This document shows positions 37,460 to 47,754 of a DNA stretch of 64,000 nt, piece by piece. The number at the start of each line of letters is the position of its first letter. Position 1 is the first letter of the stretch. The stretch spans positions 33,914,001-33,978,000 of the forward strand of contig NC_083282.1 in the NCBI RefSeq assembly GCF_963506605.1. The letters are read 5' to 3'. Position numbers and translations under genes: made by a program. Under the pieces are notes generated by a model. It had not been told where the DNA came from and made no database searches. It saw only the letters and a program-made list of their open reading frames with translations. Origin of the DNA: Zootoca vivipara (lineage: Eukaryota).

Positions 37460-39323
37460 TGAGTTGTGCCAACCAATTCTTGCAGTATCTCCAAATCTGG
37501 GAGAGATGTGTACAGCTATTAACCAAATGAAAAACAACAAAGCCAGTGGACCTGATGGGATACCTGCCGAAATCTTCAAAGTGGGCGGAATTGAACTTAC
37601 ACAACAACTTCACAAGCTCATCAAAAAAATCTGGAAAAGAGAAGAAATCCCAGCAGACTTTAGGGATGCCAAAATTATCAATCTCTAAAAAAGGTGACAG
37701 AACTGATTGTGGAAACTATCGAGGCATCTCTCTATTAGCTGTGGCTGGCAAAATTCTTGCAAGGATCTTAGCAAACCGTCTGGTAACAATATCTGAGGTG
37801 ACCCTTCCTGAATCCCGAAATGGTTTTCGGCCTTCTAGGGGGACAGTGGACATGATTTTCACCGCTCAACAGCTCCAAGAAATATGCAGAGAGCAAAACC
37901 AACCCCTGTATATGGCGTTTATTGATCTGACTAAGGCTTTCGACACTGTAAATCGTAATGCCCCGTGGATTGTCCTTCTGAAAATTGGCTGCCCAGATTA
38001 ATTTGTAAACATCATTTGGCTCCTCCATGATAATATGACAGCAACAATTGCAGATAACAATGACTCTCAAAGTGAACCATTCACAGTGGGATCAGGTGTT
38101 AAACAGGGTTGCATTATTGCCCCAACTCTTATTCATTATTTTCATTGCCATGATCCTACACTTTGTTGACGGGAAACTCCCCACCAGAGTAGAAATGATA
38201 TATCGAACAGATGGAAAGCTCTTCAATATGAGCAGGCTGAAAGCACAAAGTAAAGTTACCGTAACTTCCGTCATAGAGCTTCAGTATGCTGATGACAACG
38301 TAGTGTGTGCACGCTCAGAGGATGACCTCCAAACCATCCTAAATATCCTAAATATCTTTGAAAAAGCTTGTGAAAAGCTTGGCATATCACTCAACATCCA
38401 AAAAAACCAAAGTGCTGCACCAACAAGTACAAAATAACCCCTCTGCAGTGCCACAAATCCAACTTAGTGGTGTAACGTTGGAAAATGTTGATCACTTCTC
38501 CTACCTAGGCAGTTACCTTTCCACAAGGGCCAACATTGATGCCGAAATCCAGCCTGAGCTCTGCGAGTGTGGCTTTCTCCCGATTGAAGTGCAGAGTGTT
38601 TGAGCAGGGAAACCAAAATGCTTGCTTACAAAGCTATTGTACTACCAACCTTACTATATGCTTGTGAAACACGGATCACTTATAAACGCCATCTCCAACT
38701 CCTCAAAAGAGTCCATCAATGGTGTCTCCAAAAAATTTAACACATCACTTGGGAAGACAGGCGAATTAATATCAGTGTACTGGAAGAAGCAAAGATCACC
38801 AGTGTCGAAGCAATGATTCTGCAACATCAACTTTGTTGGACTGGTCATGTTGTGCGGATGCCTGATGATCCTCTTCCAAAGCAACTACTCTATTCCGAAC
38901 TTAAAAATTGAGAGCGTAATTCTGGTGGTCAACAAAAGAGGTTTAAAGACTGTCTCAAGGCAAATCTTAAAAAATGTAGTATAAACACTGACAACTGGAA
39001 AACACTGGCCTGCGAGTGCTCCAGTTGGAGAACAGCCTTTACCAAAGGTGACATGGGCTTTGAAGAAACTCGATCTCAGGACGCAAGGGAGAAACGCGCT
39101 AAGAGGAAGGCACGCTTGGCAAATCCACACCATGATCAACTCCTGCCTGGAAACCAATGTCCCCACTGTGGAAGGACGTGTGGATCCAGAATTGGCCTCC
39201 ACAGTCACTTACGGACCCATTGTTAAAACCGTGTTTATGGAAGATAATCTTACTTGGCTACGAGTGATCGAAGAAGAAGAAGAAGAAGAAGAAGAAGAAG
39301 AAGAAGAAGAAGAAGAAGAAGAA
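37460..39323 (+). mobile_element. 5'-truncated, degenerate RTE-clade LINE (RT domain) with (GAA)n tail
   Basis: Frameshifted RT peptides KASGPDGIPAEIFK, CGNYRGISLLAVAGKILARIL, FIDLTKAFDTV and LQYADD; (GAA)n tail at 39270-39323. Confidence 0.9.
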
Positions 39324-40046
39324 GACCCTATTTGCCGCAGAATAAAATAGGTTCATGAAATCAAACATTTAATATAGGAAAGCTTTAACTCTCCTGTATA
39401 GCCAAGCTGGAAAAAGGTTACATAAACGTTAAAATGACAACACTGAAGTACCAAAGGGATAATTGACTTTTATTAACTGACCAACATTCAGATTGTAATA
39501 CTATTTTTATCCACCGCCCCCGTCAAATACAGTGTTGATACATGACCCAAGCACTAAATACGAATGTATTTTTCATATTTATCTGAAATACTCTATTTAT
39601 TAAGGGTATGGGAGATTGTCATGGTTAAGAATATGATGGCAAGGAAAATTCTAGAAATGGATAACAGGACAATAGAACATTCTACCTATATTTATAATGT
39701 GTAGCTGCTATAAGGTGTAAAAACTGCTTGCAAAGTGTATACAAAGAAGCCCTGGTTGACAGAGTCAAGTTCTTTGATAATCAGTAACTCCAGAAGATGA
39801 TTTTTTAAATAAAAAAACCAACAACAATTATTTAATATTTCCCCATTCCCCCTTTAAATTATAACAATTGAAGGGACACAGTTGTACAAATCAAATTTTA
39901 AAATGATTCTGATTGAACTCGTCATGTCATCTAAGTAGCCATAGCATTACCATACAGAAAGGTAGAATGGGTTTGTTTGTTTTTTGTTTGTAGGAAACCA
40001 AAGGGCTTCTATTAAATAATAAGAGCAAAGTGGGGGCTTAAAGTTC

Positions 40047-40178
40047 NNNNNNNNNNNNNNNNNNNNNNNNNNNNNNNNNNNNNNNNNNNNNNNNNNNNNN
40101 NNNNNNNNNNNNNNNNNNNNNNNNNNNNNNNNNNNNNNNNNNNNNNNNNNNNNNNNNNNNNNNNNNNNNNNNNNNNNN
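40047..40178. other. Assembly gap (132 N)
   Basis: Run of N. Confidence 0.95.
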
Positions 40179-41379
40179 GGGAGAGAGAAGGACATAAGTG
40201 TAAGTCACAGAAGCAGGTTATTAATCTCACTACAGGGGAGGAAGAGGCGCTGTGAGCTGTTAACGTGCAAGGGAGAGTAGAAGGGAGTTTAAAACAATTT
40301 TCTTGTTTTATTTTGGGAAACAGAAAGCAAAAAAATAAAATTAAAAAATGGCAAGCTATGGAATCCTAAATGGAGATAGTTTTTGCCCACTGGATTGCTG
40401 CCTACGTGTTTGTGCGTGGAGGGTGTGAAAAGTGTTCTGTTGATGCAACAACAGAATATGTAGTATGGTTGTTGTAGTATGGTTGTTGTTGTTGTTTTTT
40501 GATGTACTAGCTATGGGTGGAATTTGTCACATAAAGCCTTCTCTCTATTTTAAAGATGCTGCTGTAATGTTGGAAGATGCCTCTGGGTATGAAAACAACA
40601 TCTGAAAATGTAGCACTAAACTTTATTACATCAACCTGTCTTGAAAAAAAAAAGGCTGGTAAGGGGAAAACATGGCAATGATTCTGGCACTCACATGCTC
40701 TTGAGATAAGCATGCATTATAACTCTGAAAGTATGTTGTATGGGTGGGCTTCCAAAGGTGGCATTAATCTCTGGTTTGACAGTTTCCCCTAAAGATGCTA
40801 AATTTGGATTAACTAACTGGGTAGGATTTCTGTAATGTTGGTTAAGTGCATGATTTGACTGAACCGCATTATTTGATAAAATTCCAAACTGAGCCAATAA
40901 ATTGATATTTAAAGTTACCCTTTTCTCTCTCCTAGTCAAAAATTACCAGTTACTTTGACTCACAATATTTTAAAGAGCCCAGGGTACATGTTAAACAAAC
41001 TGAAAACACCTAAGGAAATACTTCTGCTGAAACTAAGCACATCTGGCCTTGTAAGCTTCCCTGGAACTCTAGTCCTGTAAAATGAAGGAAGAGCTGGGTA
41101 GGCAGAATATACATATGGGAAAGACCTGCTCTTGAGTAGCAGCATTATACCTTACATAAAAAAGAACCACAAGTCAAAAATTTATCACCTCTCCAAAACT
41201 CTTGCCATTGTTTCATGGGAAACTGGCATGCTATATGCTGCATCTCTTTTACAAATAAGTATATATTTGTATGCACTTGACACTCATGGTGGTGAGGGTG
41301 GCAGTGAAGGAAGCATTCAGATGACAATGGCTAGGATTTTAAATCCAGATTTCTTGAAACCACTCTGCTAGTACAGTAC

Positions 41380-41439
41380 CTGCAGGAGTTTCACAATGCC
41401 TTTCAAACGTGAGCAGTTTGTCAACATAAGCATCATCTT
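41380..41439 (-). CDS. SGIP1: SGIP1 60-nt cassette exon
   Basis: Long U-rich AG-free tract, then gtttcag|AAGATGAT...CCTGCAG|gtactg. Symmetric phase 1, open frame (E)DDAYVDKLLTFERHCETPA(G). Resembles an alternative segment I recall in SGIP1/FCHO2 isoforms (not verified). Confidence 0.72.
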
Positions 41440-42903
41440 CTGAAACCCATGAGCAAAAGAAATGTAAAAGAAAAACAATGAAAACACAAATTCCAAATGA
41501 AAATCAAGTAGCTGTTTATCAACCAAAACACAAACATTACAATGAAAAAAAAGATCATAGACATAGAAATGGTGGACACATCTCTTTTTATTATCAAAAT
41601 CATATGCAACAACCACCACAAGAACCCAAAAACAAATACAAAAAAAAGACAAACAGTAAATGAACGAATTTTGTGTCATATTTCCAAGGACAAACTCTGT
41701 ATATATGGGATAACCTTTAGACACTGGAAGAGTTATACACAGGGAAGTCACAAAGGCTGAGAAATTATGCTTCTTACGAGCTACTTAGGCCATAATTGTA
41801 GGGACCCTTACTGGGAGTAAGTCATATTGAACTCAATCAGGCTTACTTCTAAGTAGATGTGTATAATAATCTTACTCTTCATGTAGAATTTTATAATGAG
41901 TGTCCAAACCCTTCCATGTCTTAAATCAGAGGTAGTCGGTTTAGGAGTGCTAAAGAAACTGCTGAAGTGTAATTGTAGCCCAGGGATGGAGGACCTGTGC
42001 TCTCTGGATGTTGCTGGACTACAACTTCCACCATTTCTGACTGTTGACCATGCTAGCTAGGGCTGATGGGAGCTGGAGTCTAGCAACATCTAGACACAAT
42101 GTTGACTACTCTTGTCTTAGATCCATAGAATTTAAAAGGGGCTACTGCAACAAGGAAAAGTTCCCCACACTCAAAGCATACCTGGCAAAGGGTCATTTAA
42201 AACATTGCTAAAATCCTCTAAAAAAACCAATCGTGTTCCACTGTCCAACCATTCTTACAATCAAGAGGTATTTCCCAATGCTGAACTCAAACTGAGTTTG
42301 CTATAACTGGGACCCATTGCTTCTTGCTAATGGCCTCCCTTTTTCTTTTTACTCTACTAACCCATTCAAGCCTAACAGTATCACTGTAACCCATAATCAT
42401 TGTTCTCTGAAACATGGAAAAATACAAAGGCCAGATCTTTAGCACAATTTTTTGAATCCTATGGTTTAAGATACAAACCAAGGATTCAAACTAGCCCTGG
42501 CTCAATAGGTCTGAAATTGCATTAGAACCTGAGCTCTGCGTGCCCCACAGGAATTGCTATTCCCTCTCCATGGTAAATGCCTGCTATGCTTATGCCTTGA
42601 GCTGGAAGCTTTTTACATACCAAGCCATTCAGCATATTAAGCATAATTTACGGCATTATTTGTCATGGGCCACAAGAGCAGATTGGCACAATCCAGTCTC
42701 ATCCAACACATGAACTGACAATACCACTTGCCTATTTGGACAGGTAGAGCTTTCTCTGTTGCCAGTAAACATGCACTCCTATTTTCAAGGAGTAGATGAA
42801 AAAAAATCTCATTATTTTGTTCCAGAAGCCAATAAATTCTGGAAGTTACCAATATATTCTCACAATATGAAAAACTAAAGGGAGATTTTTAAAATTAAGG
42901 TAC

Positions 42904-42933
42904 CTGTGGGGAACACGATCCTTCCCTCCGTCC
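42904..42933 (-). CDS. SGIP1: Candidate SGIP1 30-nt micro-exon
   Basis: ctcaatgctctccctgagtag|GGACGGAGGGAAGGATCGTGTTCCCCACAG|gtacct; symmetric phase 1, open frame (G)TEGRIVFPT(G/E). Confidence 0.4.
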
Positions 42934-43264
42934 CTACTCAGGGAGAGCATTGAGGAGAACACAGAATTTGAGCATTTAACAAAGATTTCCTTTTATTTTA
43001 CTACAGTGAATACAATTCTCCCCACAGAGCCACAGACACCCAACAATATCAAAGGACAAAACAAGTTGATCTAATATTAATGTAAAATTGTGCCTGTGTT
43101 TAACACATTCAAGAAAACACTCCAGAAATAGTTCATCTCTAAGAGTGTGACTGTTTCCTTGGCTATCTCTAGAAGCGAATCCTAATTTCAGATTTCTTAA
43201 AAAAAGGTGGGGGGGGGGAATGCATAAACGAAGCAGCCCCTATTTATAAGCTGTGAAAGTGAAC

Positions 43265-43640
43265 AGGCTTGAACATAGCATTAAACCAAACCATGGGTTA
43301 GCATGAATGTGTGAGCTCCCAGAAAGGAGCTTGCAGCTGCTTTGCTGCTCCCTGGTCCTTTTTGCTAAGGTGCCATGCTGAGCTAAACCAAGCTTAAGCT
43401 TAGCATGTCTTCTGCACCTGGACTTAAGATCAGACTCTCTCCAGACCAGCTATGAGCTGTAACCAAGGACCGTAACCATGATGCCCAGGTTTGAACAATG
43501 TGCTAAGCTTTGGCTTAGCTCAGGGTCACGTGGCAGCAAAAAGAACTCAGGAACAGCAAAGCAACTGCAAGCTCCTCTCTGGGAACCCATGTACTCACAC
43601 TAAGCCATGGTTTAGCTTAGCGTGACAAGCAAATCAGGCC
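43265..43640. repeat. Long imperfect inverted repeat (old palindromic DNA element)
   Basis: AAACCATGGGTTAGCATGA...CCCAGAAAGGAGCTTGCAGCTGCTTTGCTG pairs with CAGCAAAGCAACTGCAAGCTCCTCTCTGGG...CTAAGCCATGGTTT. Confidence 0.65.
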
Positions 43641-46600
43641 ACTCAGTGGGAAGTCTAAATGTAGTGCTCATGTCATATTGCCAGCATAAAGAATGCTCAG
43701 GCTAGTCACTATGAATAAATACACAACAACTAAAAATAGCTGGGATGACCAAATACAAACCAGGAACTCCTTATTAGCCATTTCAGCTGTTTTCTCAATA
43801 GTTTTGTATTAAAGCTTCTCTTCACCCCACCAAGGGTGGTGAAATCTCCAAGGCCATCTGTAAAAAAGGCCACTTAGATAATTTTAATAAAATGCCTGAT
43901 TACTCAATCAACTTCAATGTAGCAGCAATTTCTCTAAAAATCATATATGGCGAATGAATCATGTTCACGTCAAGACTATGAATCAAAGGTCTACTCGTGT
44001 TCTTGAATGGTTAGTCAAAAGCATGTGGCCTTCAAAGCCTGTTATGTTCTAAGTGTGCTGCCACCTAAAACTTGGACTATGTACTACCCTATCACAACTG
44101 CACATTCACATTGCTTCTAAAGTTTAGGTTAAATATAAGGCTTTGGGGCAATCTATAGCACTTTTAAAAGGTTATGTTTGAAAGAGTGTCCTTGGCTATT
44201 GAGTAACTGGTTCCTTCCATCCACTGGAAAAAAATCTTAAAGAATATCTGCTGGAGCTCATAAGCACAGGCTTTTAGAAAGATTATATAAAGCCTTTCTT
44301 TTCAGGCAACCCTTGTTTGATACTGATTTGATGGATATTTTAATGGTTTCTATTTGAACTGTCATCAGATTTTTCCAATAATGTATTTATAAGTTGGATG
44401 TACTGGTAGCTTTAGAAAATCCATGTAACTTTACAATAGGCATAATATAAATATTATGTTTTTCAAAAAATAAATGTTTCGACATTTTTTGTAGTTACCA
44501 CATCTATGAATATCAATTTGAAGGCTATCTAGATTTGTGGAATCACGTTGAATAAATATAGAATAATCCTGACTCTAATTCCCCTCTACTTTCACAATTG
44601 TTATCCTAAAATCAAACAGAAACCAGCAACGGTCTTTATGGATCATTGGTTATTTCTTTTAAAAGCAACAAATTTATCTAGAGGAACTTTACTTCCATTA
44701 ATGAAAATGTCCATAGTGACAGAGTCATCATGGTCATGCTTATATAGGGGGGAAATTATTATTTCAACAAAAAAATGTGTTTTCTTCCCCATTCCCTGTT
44801 TTACCTGCATAAAACCTAGGCTAACGTTTCAACTTAAAAGTAACCCTTTTCACAAATCAGTTGGGCTTGATTCCATTGCAACCTTATGTTCTGAAACACA
44901 GTTACTGATAAGAGCACACAACAGTGTGTCATAAAAACTACTGATCAGCATCAGCTTCAGACAATTTACACCACCCCGTGGAACATAATACTTCACATAC
45001 AAGGAGTCGAGCCACTGAGGACACAGCCTCTTAGTTGATAATACGATATTGTTAGTTAAGTATTTGAAATGCTATTCAGTACTCCGACTGATATGCATGT
45101 ATATCACCCTGGTCATTGCAGTGACCAACAGCAAGCAGAAACAAAGGACATAGGTACGGAAAAGGAAACATGAAGTCAGAAAATTGCACTAAGCACTCTC
45201 CCCCACACACTTCCATTTCACACACAACAGGCAGAAAGAAACAAGAGCGAAGAGTTTTTCAAAAGGACAAACTAAAGCTGAAAGCACTTCAAACCAGGTT
45301 CAGCATTTAACAAATTATCACTGGAGGCTTGAATATATGCTCCAGTTGACAGCATCTTCATTTTCTAATAAGCAAAACAAGTATCTATGAATTACTATGA
45401 CTGAGTGAAGACTAAACACCACTAGTATGGGAAGTCAGTAGTATGCTCAATGGCTATTACTCAAATGAAGACAAAACATATCCATTTCAGCTCATTCAGA
45501 TTTTTGATTTCCCCCCCCTTTCTTGGAATATCCAATTTGTTGCCATTCTGAGTTCATTCAGAATAGTCAGAAAGACAATTTGAACAGCAGCTCAAATGCC
45601 CGTTCTCGTCTACACAGATTAGAAAATGCTTGATTAAAAAATTGAGGTTAAGAGGCACATAGCAGGAACACTACAGAAAGAAAGTTTAGACTAACAGCAG
45701 AACGGGTCCAAAGGGATGTAAAAGAAGGGAAAAGCAATAAAAGAAAACAACCTGGCATACAATGAGAACTGAAGGTGACAGAGATGGTCTGTAGAAGAGC
45801 AGAAGCGTTGATGAAAAGAGACGCAGGTCAAAAAGGAAAACCAGGAGTCTGCAGCACAAAAGAACTATATCAGAGAGAAGAAGGTGATTTTAAGGTGTAA
45901 AGAAGATGAAGAGTATTGTAAATGAAATAAAGAATGACAAAGAGAATTCAAATATATGTTTGTCTGAGATGAAAGTGGAGCAGGGAGCAGAAAGGAAGAC
46001 CAGAGGATGAAGCAAAAAATGAAAAGCATCAACACCCAGGCGTTGCCAGTCACAGAACATTTATCACTTTTGACAAGTGTAATCTAACCCTCAGTTTAAG
46101 GAAGGAAAAAAAACAGGTTTTCAGTACAACTTTCCATATTTTCAAATTTCTAAGAAACTGGATTTGAAAAAGTTTAGAGCTTTTTGAAATTTTTCATGTG
46201 TACAGTTTCTGCAATCCAAGAAGCAAATACAATTGGTTTGTAACATTTCTTTTTAAATAATATCTGGTTCTAGAGTATACTTTCTGCTCCTGCTATCCTT
46301 TCCTATTTCTCCTTACTAAGATTAACTTTGTGTTAAACTTTATTCATTTTTAATTGCATTTATCTAGTTTTGCTACAGCTAACTAATCTAACAATGATTT
46401 ATATTATTGACAAATTGCGAGACTATTCATCCTGCTTTGCAGCCACAGGAGTGACACAGTAAAACATTTTGTATCTATAGTGGTTAGAATTCAAAGGGAA
46501 ACATGACTGTTCCACATCTCCACTGGCTTCTAAGTGACTTCCAGGAAATGCTGCATTGAATCCTAAGCTACTGTTTTGAGTTCTCCTCCAATTCAAAAAG

Positions 46601-47019
46601 CAGTTTGGTTTGTAGGCAGAAGAACTTTTCAGCATAGAAAATCTGCCAGCAGATGAGCTCCATTCTTTCCACTTTCCTGATCTCCCCTTGGAAAGTCTCC
46701 TATACCCAATGAAAACTTCCTGATCTTAGCGGAATTTAGGAAATTATTTGGGGCAGGCACAGCTTAGGGAATAAAGGGAGCCTAGGCATCCCTTCAGGTC
46801 TCTGCTATTTTATACACAAATATACATTGCAGTTGCAGCAGTCTACAGTTAATCAAGAGTGCAATTCTCATTTACATTAAAAAGTGCTTTAACATAACAT
46901 GACCATGGCAACGAAAACAAAGGAAAATATAAACCAAATAAAGGGTTTCAGAAATTAAAATATTCAAGCCATTCCACTCATGGAAACTATTCTTCAAACA
47001 AAGAAAAGCTTTTCGTTAC

Positions 47020-47146
47020 CAATTGTTGGAGTAGTAGCTGCACTCAAGGAATTGGTGGACGATATGGAAGAGGTGCTTTCAGCACGTGCTAAAGGTGCTA
47101 TCGGAGGAGGGCTGGATGAGTGAACCGGAGGGCTAAAAGGTCTGGA
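47020..47146 (-). CDS. SGIP1: SGIP1 exon (Ser/Pro-rich linker)
   Basis: ctacag|TCC...ATT G|gtaacg; 127 nt; [42 protein letters not shown]. Confidence 0.93.
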
Positions 47147-47754
47147 CTGTAGACAAACACAAACAAGATTAAAGATACACACAGTGCATTTCTGAACATG
47201 AACTCAAGCAAGAATACTCACAACTGCATACGCTATCTTCTAAGGCCCCTGGAACACCCAGAATTACCATAATCCATACACATTGAGCGGATTTACAGAC
47301 CCATTGATTTCTCAGCTGCTATTCATTACTAGCCCAATTGTATAGCCAAACGTTTTACTGAGTTCTCTAATGCACATGATCTATATTTGTAGTGCAGGTG
47401 AGAAACATGCTGCAGAATGTACCGTAACGTTTGTGGGATGCATTTGGAACTGCAAAAACTATGGTGTGCAATAAACAGTTTACAGGAGCAAAATTAAACA
47501 ATGGTCCAAAATAAAATCACTGGTTTGTTTCACTATTGGAATCCACAAAGGTGGATTACTTTTCATACAGAGTTGTTCCAAACATTACACTTTTTATTAT
47601 ATAGCAAGGATGGCTACATAGGAACAGATATGGAAAGAGCATGTGGATGGTCATGGATGGTAATGGTCATAGAATCATAGAATCATAGAATCATAGAGTT
47701 GGAAGAGACCACAAGGGCCATCCAGTCCAACCCCCTGCCAAGCAGGAAACACCA

